A stretch of DNA of 64,000 nucleotides from Armatimonadota bacterium (GTDB lineage Bacteria > Armatimonadota > HRBIN16): NCBI GenBank assembly GCA_040289885.1, contig PSLZ01000004.1, positions 54,094 through 118,093 of the forward strand, read 5' to 3'. Positions 41,228 through 50,342 of this stretch are shown here, in pieces. Each line of letters begins with the position of its first letter. Within the stretch, counting starts at the first letter, position 1. The notes under the pieces are model-generated. The model was given only the letters and a program-made list of their open reading frames with translations, did no database searches and was not told the DNA's origin. Made by a program: the position numbers and the translations under genes.

Positions 41228-42598
41228 CTACGAACCCCTCCCGTTCATGCGCGCCGCTTCGTAGAGCATCTCCGTTATGCTCGGATGGGCGGGGAAGAGC
41301 GAGGCCAGCGTCTCTACGGTTGCATCCAACGCCATCGCCGTGGCCAGCCCTGCCAGCACATCCGCCGCATGTGCCCCGATTGCCGCGCCGCCTAGCAGTT
41401 TGCCTGTACGCTCCTCCACCACCAGCTTGACGAACCCTTCCGTCTCGCCCAACAGTTGCGCTTTCAGGATGCGGGCATGGTCCGCGCGGAGCACTTGTAC
41501 TGCCACCCCTTGCTGGCGTGCCAGTGATTCCGTCACGCCGACCTGCGCCACCTGTGGCTGAGTGTACACCGCCTCCACCACCAGATCGGCACGGAAGGGT
41601 GGGGTTGGTACATGGAGCGCATGGCGCACCGCTACCCGTGCCTGTGCCCAGCCACGATTCAGCGTGAAGGGCGGTCCCGCGGAGTCGCCAGCTGCGTAGA
41701 TGTGAGGCACAGAGCACTGCATATACTCGTTGACCAGAACGCCTTGTGGGGTTACCTGCAGGCCGGCGGTTTCGGCGTTCAGCCGCGCCAGGTCAGCTCG
41801 CCTGCCGATGGCGATGAAGGCGTGAGAACCTTCCCTCAGCCCACCGTTTGCCAGCCTGACCTGCACGCCCTGGTCGGTGGCGGTCACGCTCTCCACCGGT
41901 GCGGAGAGCAGGAGGTCGATACCCATCTGGCGGAAGGCGTGTTCCAGCGTTTGCGAAACCTCCTCGTCGGCGCGGGGCAGGAGCCGGGGCACATCGGTGA
42001 TGAGCGTCACCGCCGAGCCCAATACGCGGAACAGGTAGGCGAACTCACTGCCTGTGACTCCCCCTCCCACCACGACCATGTGCTCCGGGAGCGACTGTAG
42101 ACTGCTCGCGAAGCGTGGCGCAAGGATGCGCTTGCCATCGGGCTTCATGCTGGGTGGGAAAATAGGCACCGAACCGGTGGCGATCAACGCGAGGTCAAAG
42201 GTTATCTCTTGGACGGCTCCTTTCTCCGGCTGCACCTTCACGGTATGCGCGTCGAGGAAGGAGGCGACGCCGTGCACTACCCGCACTCCCGCCTGTTGTA
42301 ATGCCTGCTTCTGTTGCGTGCCCCATTGGTGCGTGCGCTGGCGGATGCGCTCCATCAGGTCCGCCACATCCGCGCCCACTGCCTGCATCTTCACTCCCCG
42401 ATGAGGGGCGTGACGGGCATCCCACAGGGTATCGGCTGACGTCAACAGCACCTTGCTGGGCACGAGGCTGTCCCAAGTGGTACGCCCGCCGATTTCGCCT
42501 TCGGCGACCAGCGTCACCTCCGCGCCCAGTTTCGCAGACTCTAGCGCGGCGTACACCCCCACCGCGCCCCCGCCGATGATGACAAAGCGTTTGGACAT
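41228..42598 (-). CDS. pyridine nucleotide-disulfide oxidoreductase family flavoprotein lacking the redox CxxxxC (LpdA/Rv3303c-like)
   Basis: FVIIGGGAVG FAD loop. GGRTTWDSLVPSK stands where E3 enzymes have GGTCLNVGCIPSK. AHPSITE is present near the C-terminus. Confidence 0.7.
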   Translation of the reverse strand: MSKRFVIIGGGAVGVYAALESAKLGAEVTLVAEGEIGGRTTWDSLVPSKVLLTSADTLWDARHAPHRGVKMQAVGADVADLMERIRQRTHQWGTQQKQALQQAGVRVVHGVASFLDAHTVKVQPEKGAVQEITFDLALIATGSVPIFPPSMKPDGKRILAPRFASSLQSLPEHMVVVGGGVTGSEFAYLFRVLGSAVTLITDVPRLLPRADEEVSQTLEHAFRQMGIDLLLSAPVESVTATDQGVQVRLANGGLREGSHAFIAIGRRADLARLNAETAGLQVTPQGVLVNEYMQCSVPHIYAAGDSAGPPFTLNRGWAQARVAVRHALHVPTPPFRADLVVEAVYTQPQVAQVGVTESLARQQGVAVQVLRADHARILKAQLLGETEGFVKLVVEERTGKLLGGAAIGAHAADVLAGLATAMALDATVETLASLFPAHPSITEMLYEAARMNGRGS

Positions 42599-42698
42599 GT
42601 GCTTCACCTCCAGCCTTCTCATGGAATTGGACTCGGCGAAGGGAAACAGAGATTCCTGCTTGGCTCTTCAGTATAGGATGTGATACAGTATACATTGA

Positions 42699-42712
42699 TG
42701 AATCGGTTAATG
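42699..42712. promoter_or_regulatory. LacI-type operator candidate, site A (TGAATCGGTTAATG)
   Basis: Lies 76-89 nt upstream of the ATG at 42788, just downstream of a TATACA -10-like hexamer. Confidence 0.5.
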
Positions 42713-42787
42713 CAGGTTTTTTCTGCGGTTTGTTTGGCGCAACGCCCGTTCATCAGGGCTCGGAAAAAATAGAAAGGAGGAAGGGCA

Positions 42788-43936
42788 ATGAAAGGGCTCG
42801 TGTTCGTGCTCACGCTGGTGCTGGCGCTGTCTGTCTGGGCGCAGGCACAGGTCAACGACGTGGTGATCCTGGACAGGGTGTTTAACGACGATTCGGACTC
42901 CATCAGCGCACACGTCAAGAACCTGCCAACGGTCATTCTGTCAGACACCAAGCTGGACGGCGACGGTAGTCCGCCCGAATTCGCCAACCGCCATGCGTGG
43001 TTCGTGTCCGCCGATGGTGTGGACCCGCTACAGCTCCCCCTGGATGTGGAGTGGACGCTGGAGTATGACCTCACGTTGACCGGCAACCCGGTTACGCCCC
43101 GGAAGGAAGCAGGAGGCTTCGTGCGCATCGGGATGCCATGGGGCTATTCCGAACTGCAGTTTATGGTCAACACCGATGCGCACGAAGTGGTGGCTTTTGG
43201 CTACCCGTTCCCGTTCTATCGGTTTAGCCTGTCCTACAATTCCGGCGATACCATCCATTTGGGAATCCATTTCTTCAAGGACGCCGATGGCAAATACAAG
43301 GTCATCTATATGGTAAACGAGCTAAGCAGTCCCGCGATGGCGTTGGCTGACCAGAGCATCATCGTGCAGAAGAACTGGATCACCCCGGGCGGCTACCTGC
43401 AGGTGAACATCCAGGCGGGTAACCCGAACAACGGCGGTACGGCGGTGTTCGATAACATCCGGTGGAATGGCATTCTTGTGCGCAAGGCCTACGCTATCCG
43501 GGGCAATATCGAACTGCAGGATTACGGCGGTGATGTGACGCAGGTGCCCATCAGCGTAGAGCTTCGCCAGAACGGCACACCAGTTCGCACTGAAACCCTC
43601 TACACCGACGCCCAGGGGAACTACGCCATACCCGACGTGGCGCCCGGCACCTACGATGTGGCGTTCAAAGCCAGTCATTGGCTGAGGGTGGTGGTGCCAG
43701 ATGTGACGGTGGTGAACTCCGACGTGACGGGTGTAGACGCCTCGCTGACCAACGGCGACATCGACGGCGACAACGAGGTGACCCTGTTTGACTTTGGGCA
43801 GTTGGTTTCCGCGTTCGGCAGTATGCCCGGCGATAGCAACTGGAACCCCGATGCCGACCTGGACGGCGATCAGGAAGTTACCCTGTTTGACTTCGGCGTG
43901 CTGGTGCGCAACTTCGGTGCCATCGGGGGTGAATAA
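42788..43936 (+). CDS. secreted protein: unknown ~210-aa N-domain, CarboxypepD_reg-like beta domain, two dockerin-type repeats
   Basis: Signal peptide MKGLVFVLTLVLALSVWAQA. Dockerin-type repeats DIDGDNEVTLFDFGQLVSAFG and DLDGDQEVTLFDFGVLVRNFG. The N-domain is paralogous to 43998-44759. Confidence 0.65.
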   Translation: MKGLVFVLTLVLALSVWAQAQVNDVVILDRVFNDDSDSISAHVKNLPTVILSDTKLDGDGSPPEFANRHAWFVSADGVDPLQLPLDVEWTLEYDLTLTGNPVTPRKEAGGFVRIGMPWGYSELQFMVNTDAHEVVAFGYPFPFYRFSLSYNSGDTIHLGIHFFKDADGKYKVIYMVNELSSPAMALADQSIIVQKNWITPGGYLQVNIQAGNPNNGGTAVFDNIRWNGILVRKAYAIRGNIELQDYGGDVTQVPISVELRQNGTPVRTETLYTDAQGNYAIPDVAPGTYDVAFKASHWLRVVVPDVTVVNSDVTGVDASLTNGDIDGDNEVTLFDFGQLVSAFGSMPGDSNWNPDADLDGDQEVTLFDFGVLVRNFGAIGGE

Positions 43937-43951
43937 CCTAGAGGGAGCATG

Positions 43952-43991
43952 AAAAAAGCGGGCAGGCGGAACGCCTGCCCGCTTTCCGTTT
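43952..43991. terminator. bidirectional intrinsic terminator
   Basis: A6, then an 11-bp perfect stem GCGGGCAGGCG-GAA-CGCCTGCCCGC, then TTTCCGTTT, between convergent genes. Confidence 0.7.
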
Positions 43992-43997
43992 GGGGGG

Positions 43998-44759
43998 TTA
44001 CCCTTTGCGCCGGCGCAGTGCCAGTGCCACCACGCCCAGCCCCAGCACCGCAGCGCTGGCTGGTTCAGGTACCGCCATGATGTGGCCAAACAACGCAGCG
44101 CCTGCGTTGTTCGGATTGCCAGCGTCTATCACCACCTGCAGGTAGCCGCCCGGCGTAATCCAGCCGGTGAACAGGCTTTGGGAATCCAGCGCCAGAGCGG
44201 GACTGGAAAAGCCGTTGGCATGGTAGATGACCTTGTACAGCCCGTCGCTGGAGTCCTGGAAGAAGGTCATCCCTAGCTTAATGGTGTCGCCCGAGTTGTA
44301 GGACAACCCGTGATTGGCGTTGAAGCTGTAGAAGGGGAAGGGCCAGCCAAACGCCACTACCTCATGGGCATCGGTGTTGACGATGAACTGTCCCTCCGAA
44401 TAGCCCCAGGGCATCCCGATGCGCACCAGGAAACCCGCCTCTTTACGGGGGCTGGTCGGCGTACCGATCAGCGTGAGGTCGAACGACACGATCCACGGCT
44501 GAGAGAGGGGAATCTGCGCTGGGTTGACCCCATCCGCGGACAGGAACCAGGCATGCCTGTTGGCGAAATCGGGCGCGGCACCATCCCCATCCACCTTGTT
44601 GTCGGTGAGCAGGATGTTGGGCCACGCCTTGATGTGGCTGGAGATGGAGTCGGGGTCGTCGTTAAACACCCGGTCCAGGATGACGGCGTCGTTAAGTTGT
44701 GCCCCTGCCCAGGTTGTCAGCCCCAGACTCAGCACTGCGACCAGCAAGAGCTTTTTGAT
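43998..44759 (-). CDS. PEP-CTERM-anchored protein with the same unknown N-domain
   Basis: C-terminal VPEPASAAVLGLGVVALALRRRKG. The best start context is AAGGAGAAGGTAAC-ATC (signal IKKLLLVAVLSLGLTTWAGA). The only canonical in-frame start is the GTG at 44846. Confidence 0.65.
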   Translation of the reverse strand: MKKLLLVAVLSLGLTTWAGAQLNDAVILDRVFNDDPDSISSHIKAWPNILLTDNKVDGDGAAPDFANRHAWFLSADGVNPAQIPLSQPWIVSFDLTLIGTPTSPRKEAGFLVRIGMPWGYSEGQFIVNTDAHEVVAFGWPFPFYSFNANHGLSYNSGDTIKLGMTFFQDSSDGLYKVIYHANGFSSPALALDSQSLFTGWITPGGYLQVVIDAGNPNNAGAALFGHIMAVPEPASAAVLGLGVVALALRRRKG

Positions 44760-44818
44760 GTTACCTTCTCCTTTCTTGAGAATTGGAATGGTTGGAGCGA
44801 GCCGCTCTTCAAGCACTA

Positions 44819-44832
44819 CATTAACCGATAAA
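44819..44832. promoter_or_regulatory. LacI-type operator candidate, site B (CATTAACCGATAAA)
   Basis: Differs by one mismatch from the 12-mer core. It lies downstream of the minus-strand promoter TTGACT-17-TAAAGT (44881-44909). Confidence 0.45.
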
Positions 44833-44958
44833 ACAGATTTCCCCACCTATTTCACCACCTCAGCCGCTCCTCTGCGCTCTACTTTAGCACAATTGGGTGC
44901 AGGAGTCAAGTAGAATCGCGGTTTTTTTCGAAAATTTTGATGAAAATCAGGAAACCCC

Positions 44959-44987
44959 TTGACAAGTTGTGCAGGGTGGGTTATACT
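44959..44987 (+). promoter_or_regulatory. promoter TTGACA-17-TATACT of the LacI gene
   Basis: -35 at 44959-44964 and -10 at 44982-44987. Confidence 0.5.
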
Positions 44988-44994
44988 AAGAGTG

Positions 44995-45008
44995 CATTAA
45001 CCGATTAG
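44995..45008. promoter_or_regulatory. LacI-type operator candidate, site C (CATTAACCGATTAG)
   Basis: Lies between the -10 and the ATG at 45020, the geometry expected for autoregulation. Confidence 0.5.
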
Positions 45009-45019
45009 TGGATAAGACG

Positions 45020-46045
45020 ATGCGAAGAGAGCGAGTCACGATAGCCGATGTAGCGCGCCGTGCGGGCGTGTCTAAGGTCACCGTCTCGTATGTGATCAAC
45101 GGGCGAGAGGGCAGAGTGCGTATCAGCGATGAAACCCGCCAGCGCATCTGGGAAGCCATTCGCGAGCTGGGTTACCGTCCCAACGCCATTGCCCGCGCTC
45201 TGACGCGACAACGCACCTCTACCATCGGCGTCGTGATGCAGTACGCGGCGATCTTCGGCGGGTGGTCGGGCTTTATCCTGGAGTTACTGCACGGTGCATC
45301 GCACGAGGCGATCGCACAACAGTACGACCTGATGATGTACACGGGAGCACATGGCGACGATGCGGAACACGAAGCGAACGCCGTGATGGATGGACGCATC
45401 GACGGTGCACTGCTCCTGCGCGACATCGACGACCCCCTGTCCGACATCCTGGCAGACAGCGGTTTCCCGCATGTGTTGATCTTTACCCGCTCCCGCCGCC
45501 CCGACGTCCACTATGTGGACTGCGATAACGTGAAGGGCGGCTACCTAGCGACCAAGCACCTGCTGGAGCTGGGGCATCGGGCGATTGTGCACCTGCGGGG
45601 AAGCTCGCGTTCCGCGCCTGCGCTGGACCGGTGGCATGGCTACGTGCAGGCGATGCGTGAGGCGGGTATCGAGCCCGACGAAAGTTGGGTGATCGAAATG
45701 CACGGTCCGCTGTCGGATGTGACGCCGTTGGTGGAGCTGATGCGCTCACCCAATAGGCCGACTGCCATCTTCGCGTGGAGCGACGACGTGGCGATTCGGG
45801 CGATGCGGGTGGTGCGTGAGATGAACCTGCGCATCCCCGAGCACGTGGCGGTGGTGGGATACGACTCCACAGAGGTCTGCAATCATACGGACCCACCGCT
45901 GACCAGCGTGCGCCAGCCCATCTACGAGATGGCACGGGAAGGGGTCAGGACGTTGGTGCGGCTCATCAACGGCGAACGCCCCCGTCGCATTGCGCGCGTG
46001 TTCGAGCCCACGCTGGATATCCGCCGTTCCTGCGGGGCTTCCTAA
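45020..46045 (+). CDS. LacI-family transcriptional regulator
   Basis: VTIADVARRAGVSKVTVSYVING HTH followed by a periplasmic-binding-fold body. Confidence 0.88.
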   Translation: MRRERVTIADVARRAGVSKVTVSYVINGREGRVRISDETRQRIWEAIRELGYRPNAIARALTRQRTSTIGVVMQYAAIFGGWSGFILELLHGASHEAIAQQYDLMMYTGAHGDDAEHEANAVMDGRIDGALLLRDIDDPLSDILADSGFPHVLIFTRSRRPDVHYVDCDNVKGGYLATKHLLELGHRAIVHLRGSSRSAPALDRWHGYVQAMREAGIEPDESWVIEMHGPLSDVTPLVELMRSPNRPTAIFAWSDDVAIRAMRVVREMNLRIPEHVAVVGYDSTEVCNHTDPPLTSVRQPIYEMAREGVRTLVRLINGERPRRIARVFEPTLDIRRSCGAS

Positions 46046-46094
46046 AAGCGGCACAGCAGAGACGAAGGGGGAAACTGTTTCGCTACTTTCGCAG

Positions 46095-46108
46095 TGAATC
46101 GGTTAATG
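46095..46108. promoter_or_regulatory. LacI-type operator candidate, site D (TGAATCGGTTAATG)
   Basis: Lies 23-36 nt upstream of the ATG at 46131. Confidence 0.5.
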
Positions 46109-46130
46109 TCACCAAGCGAGGTGTGGAGAG

Positions 46131-46355
46131 ATGAACCTGAAAAAAGAGGTCAGTCCGCCCGTGGCGATCACCATCATCGTCATTGTGGTTCTCGCGCTTG
46201 TCGTGGGCTACATGGCGATGTCGGGGGGATTCAGCCGCGGCACGCGGACCGCGAAGGAGGCGGGCGCAGGTCCGCCCATGTACCCGGGCGTCATCCCGGG
46301 TAAAACCAATGCTCCCGTTGGTGCCCCCATCATGCCGGGGGCGCAGGGACGCTAA
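46131..46355 (+). CDS. small single-TM protein
   Basis: TM segment VAITIIVIVVLALVVGYMAM with a Pro/Gly-rich tail. GGAGAG SD is present. Confidence 0.4.
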   Translation: MNLKKEVSPPVAITIIVIVVLALVVGYMAMSGGFSRGTRTAKEAGAGPPMYPGVIPGKTNAPVGAPIMPGAQGR

Positions 46356-46394
46356 AGCACATCAACAAAACATCAAGAAGGAGGTCAAACACCA

Positions 46395-47234
46395 ATGTTA
46401 CGCAACCGAGCGTTTACGCTCATCGAACTGCTCGTCGTTATCGCGATCATCGCGATATTGGCGGCGATCCTGTTCCCCGTGTTCTCACAGGCACGAGAAT
46501 CGGCACGAGTTACCTCCTGCTTGTCGAACATGAAGCAGATCGGGCTCGCTATCCGCATGTACTCGCAGGACTACGATGAGGTCCTGCCCATGCGCCGAAC
46601 CTGCCCGGGTCAATGGTGTGCACAGGGGTGTACGGCAAACTGGAAGCACATGCTGTTCCCCTACATCAAGAACTGGGACCTGTTCAAGTGCCCCAGCAAC
46701 CCGCTCAACCGCACCCTGGACGACACCAGCGGTGACCTGGACGGCAACGGCACGGTAGACTGCGAAGTGTATCCTCCGACCGTGCAGAAAACTGTCCGCA
46801 GCTACTTCTTGTACCACGCCTTCTTCAAGTCGGGCAACCCCGTAGGCTCCGGCGAGTGGTGGGCCGGGTTCAACTACGCCGAAAACAACTTCCCGTACCC
46901 GGCGAACACCCTTATCGTCGGCGAGCACAAGGACGTCTGGCCCGACTACGGTCCGTGGATGGCGTTTGATCCCAACTGGGGTCCTGCGGGCGCGAACTTC
47001 GGTGCACGCCACCGCGGTAGCGACCGCGCGGTGAACCTCACCTACCTGGATGGGCACGCCAAGTGGACCACCTGGGACGCCGTCTGCACGCACGACAACC
47101 CCGACGGCACCAACAAGTGGGGCTACGCCAAAGACGCCGACGGCAAAGTGATTATCGGCGGAATGGACCTGACCTGGCTGGACACCATGTGCAGCACGTT
47201 CCGCGATGCCGTACGTAACGGTCAGGTGCGCTAA
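46395..47234 (+). CDS. prepilin-type N-terminal cleavage/methylation protein, DUF1559-like pseudopilin
   Basis: [26 protein letters not shown]. The C-terminal [11 protein letters not shown] resembles the H-X9-DG/DUF1559 family end. Confidence 0.85.
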   Translation: MLRNRAFTLIELLVVIAIIAILAAILFPVFSQARESARVTSCLSNMKQIGLAIRMYSQDYDEVLPMRRTCPGQWCAQGCTANWKHMLFPYIKNWDLFKCPSNPLNRTLDDTSGDLDGNGTVDCEVYPPTVQKTVRSYFLYHAFFKSGNPVGSGEWWAGFNYAENNFPYPANTLIVGEHKDVWPDYGPWMAFDPNWGPAGANFGARHRGSDRAVNLTYLDGHAKWTTWDAVCTHDNPDGTNKWGYAKDADGKVIIGGMDLTWLDTMCSTFRDAVRNGQVR

Positions 47235-47315
47235 GCACCCTCCTTCAGCGGGTGGGGGGCACTTCCCCCACCTGTCTTTCGCTACACCCAAACAGACGGA
47301 GGCACAGAAACAGCA

Positions 47316-48554
47316 GTGAATACCCAGCAGTTACTGGACAAGACCCAGAAACGCACCTGGCGCTTCTTCTGGCAAGAATCGCACCCCGACACCGGCTTAA
47401 CCAAGGACCGAGCGAACAACTTCACCTCCGACAACTATACCGCTTCCAGCATCGCCAGCACCGGCTACGCACTGGCAGCAAACGTGGTGGCGGTACAGCG
47501 GCGCTGGCTGGAACACCGGCAAGCCGAACAGCGAACCCTCAAGACCCTGCGCTTTGTGCTGGAAGAGATGGAGCATTTCCACGGGTGGCTGTATCACTTT
47601 GTGGACTGGCGCACCGGCAAGCGGATATGGAACTGCGAGGTCTCCACCATCGACACCGCGCTGTTTCTGGCGGGGGCACTGCTGGCGGCAGAGTTCTTCA
47701 AAGGTGAGGTTGCCCGACTGGTAGACCGGTTCTATCGCCGACTGGATTTTGAGGTCATGCGCACCGACGGCGAGACAAAGCCCGACGAAATGCTGTTGTC
47801 ACATGGGTGGAAGCCTGAGAACGGCTTCCTAAACACCCGCTGGCATTCCTACTGCGAGCACATGATTCTTTACCTGCTCGCGCTGGGAGCGCCGCACCAG
47901 CGCATACCCGAAAGAATGTGGGACGCTTGGCAACGCCCGGTGGTCGCCTACAACGGCAAATACGAGCATCTGGCGGGTGGTCCGCTGTTCATGCACCAAA
48001 TGTCGCATCACTATATCGACCTACGCAACCGTCGCGACCGCTTAGGCTGGGACTACTGGGTGAGCTCGGTCAACGCCACTCTCGCTAGTCGGCAGTTCTG
48101 CATCGACAATAAGGAACGGTTCAAAACCTTTGACGACGACGTTTGGGGGCTGACCGCCTCGGACGGACCCGATGGCTATCGCGGTTACGCCGCCATTGTG
48201 ATGTGGGACAAGCCCGATGGCACCGTTGCGCCCACCGCACCCATTGGCTCGGTGATCTTTACCCCCCAGGAATCCCTGCGCGCGATGCAGACCATGTACG
48301 ACCGCTACCGTGACCGGATCTGGGGGCGCTATGGCTTCAGCAACGCTTTCAATGTAGACCGAGACTGGTGGGACCAGGATGTCATCGGCATCGACCTGGG
48401 CATGGCACTGCTGGCGATAGAGGACTATCGCACTGGCAGTATCTGGAAGCTGTTCATGCGCCGCCCGGAGGTACAACGGGGGCTACAGCGGGCGGGATTT
48501 CGCGTGACGAAGGAGCCTGCGCCGCGTCCGCTCCGAAGGCATGTTGGCGTCTAG
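47316..48554 (+). CDS. putative glucoamylase-family / GH144-like (beta-1,2-glucanase family) protein
   Basis: The N-terminal block TWRFFWQESHPDTGLTKDR and an alpha/alpha-toroid-like body are recalled from PF10091-type proteins. This is recognition only. Confidence 0.5.
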   Translation: MNTQQLLDKTQKRTWRFFWQESHPDTGLTKDRANNFTSDNYTASSIASTGYALAANVVAVQRRWLEHRQAEQRTLKTLRFVLEEMEHFHGWLYHFVDWRTGKRIWNCEVSTIDTALFLAGALLAAEFFKGEVARLVDRFYRRLDFEVMRTDGETKPDEMLLSHGWKPENGFLNTRWHSYCEHMILYLLALGAPHQRIPERMWDAWQRPVVAYNGKYEHLAGGPLFMHQMSHHYIDLRNRRDRLGWDYWVSSVNATLASRQFCIDNKERFKTFDDDVWGLTASDGPDGYRGYAAIVMWDKPDGTVAPTAPIGSVIFTPQESLRAMQTMYDRYRDRIWGRYGFSNAFNVDRDWWDQDVIGIDLGMALLAIEDYRTGSIWKLFMRRPEVQRGLQRAGFRVTKEPAPRPLRRHVGV

Positions 48555-49492
48555 CGCTCCGAACCAGCGATCAGCGTGCGGGGCGGGATGAAAGTGATGT
48601 TCTCGCGGGCGGTCTCCAGGCTCTGCACGGGAACATGCTCCTGCCCGCGTAGAAGCTCTCCGATGATCGCCTGCACAGAGCTTTCAGGGGTAGATGCCCC
48701 GCTGGTGACGCCCACTACGGGATAATCGCTACGCCATTCGGGAAGCACTTCTGATGGCTCCAGCAGAAGATAGGCGGGTGTACCTGCCTCTCGTGTCACC
48801 TCGCACAACCGATTGGAGTTACTGCTAGAGCGGCTACCGATCACCAGCACCAGGTCGCACATCTGCGCCAATTGCTTGACCGCGTTCTGGCGATTGGTGG
48901 TAGCGTAGCAGATGTCCTCTTTGGGGGGAGTGTGCAGATGCGGAAAGCGGCGCCGCAGGACTGCCAGAATGCGCTCCACCTCGTCCACGCTCAGGGTAGT
49001 TTGTGTGGCTACCGATAGCGGAGCATCGGGCACCTGCACGCTCTCTGCCTCTTCCACGCTGGTAATCAGCGTCACCTGTTCCGGTGGCGCATGTCCCATC
49101 GTGCCCTGCGCTTCCACGTGCCGGTGATGCCCAATGTACAGGATGTGGAACCCCTGCGCGGAATACCGCTCGACCTCGCGGTGCACCTTCGATACCAGCG
49201 GGCAGGTGGCGTCTACCACCCGCAGTCCACGCTCCTGTGCCTCGCGCCGAACCTGGGGCGAAACGCCGTGCGCGCTGAACACCACCACCGACCCTGGCGG
49301 CACTTCGGACAGCTCTTCGACAAATATCACTCCCCGCTGTTCGAACGAGCGCACCACGTGCTCGTTATGCACAATAGCATGGCGGGTATACACCGGCGCG
49401 CCATAGCGCTCCAGCGCGAGGTTCAGCACCTCGATGGCGTAGGATACCCCCGCGCAGAACCCACGCGGCGAAGCTAAGAGGATTCGTTCCAT
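48551..49492 (-). CDS. ispH: 4-hydroxy-3-methylbut-2-enyl diphosphate reductase
   Basis: SPRGFCAGV, VHNEHVV, ATCPLV and GSRSSSNSNRL. Confidence 0.92.
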   Translation of the reverse strand: MERILLASPRGFCAGVSYAIEVLNLALERYGAPVYTRHAIVHNEHVVRSFEQRGVIFVEELSEVPPGSVVVFSAHGVSPQVRREAQERGLRVVDATCPLVSKVHREVERYSAQGFHILYIGHHRHVEAQGTMGHAPPEQVTLITSVEEAESVQVPDAPLSVATQTTLSVDEVERILAVLRRRFPHLHTPPKEDICYATTNRQNAVKQLAQMCDLVLVIGSRSSSNSNRLCEVTREAGTPAYLLLEPSEVLPEWRSDYPVVGVTSGASTPESSVQAIIGELLRGQEHVPVQSLETARENITFIPPRTLIAGSER

Positions 49493-49671
49493 TTGGCACC
49501 TGATTCTCTCATGCTACTTCAGTTATTTTATCATAACTTCTCTTGCCTCTTCATCCCCCATAGGATTTAGGGCATCACGTCGGCTTTCTGTTCGTGAATA
49601 TTTGCGCTGTCTTAACAGTTGAGGTATACTGGAATCGCTTTGACTTCACAATGTTACGGGTGAGGAAAAAG

Positions 49672-50322
49672 ATGGCGATAGCAACGGCACACCGAAAGTC
49701 TCTCGTTGTAGCGGACAATCACATCCTTCACAGACTGCATTCGCTTTCGGGTATCGTCCCCGTAGGTGTTTTTCTAGTTCAGCATCTGACACTCAATTCG
49801 TTCGCGCTTGCCAGCCCCGGGCACTTCAATGCGGTGATAGACTTCTTCAATGAGAAGATGCCCAGGCACATCCTGTTCGTGCTGGAGTGGGGGCTGATCT
49901 TCATCCCCATCCTGTTCCATGGGCTGTACGGGCTGATCATCACGGCGCATGGGCAGGTGAACGTGGGGCAATACGGCTACTGGCGCAACTGGATGTACCT
50001 GTGGCAGCGGATTACTGGCGTGATTCTGGTGGTCTACATCGCCCTGCACGTGTGGGGCACGACGATTAGCCACCGCCTCTACGGCACCAATATCCACTAC
50101 GATGGCATGGTCGCCTACTTCCAGAACCCGTGGACGGTCGCGTTCTACCTACTGGGCATCACATCCGCCACCTTCCACCTGTCCAACGGCATCTGGAACT
50201 TCTGCATCCGCTGGGGCATCACCGTCAGCGAACGTGCCCAGCGCGGCTGTGCCTGGGTGTGCGGAGTGGTTTTCGTGCTGTTGACCGCGCTGGGCTGGTC
50301 GGCGCTGTTCGCATTCCGATAG
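49672..50322 (+). CDS. sdhC: succinate dehydrogenase cytochrome b558 subunit
   Basis: Five predicted TM helices immediately upstream of sdhA. GGTGAGGAAAAAG SD is present. A candidate promoter TTGCGC-17-TATACT lies at 49602-49630. Confidence 0.75.
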   Translation: MAIATAHRKSLVVADNHILHRLHSLSGIVPVGVFLVQHLTLNSFALASPGHFNAVIDFFNEKMPRHILFVLEWGLIFIPILFHGLYGLIITAHGQVNVGQYGYWRNWMYLWQRITGVILVVYIALHVWGTTISHRLYGTNIHYDGMVAYFQNPWTVAFYLLGITSATFHLSNGIWNFCIRWGITVSERAQRGCAWVCGVVFVLLTALGWSALFAFR

Positions 50323-50342
50323 GCAGAACGAGGTGAGATACC

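Noticed and set aside
48551-48554. Convergent stop codons of the GH144-like gene and ispH overlapping on CTAG.
   Set aside because: This is a compact-genome curiosity with no functional implication I can support.
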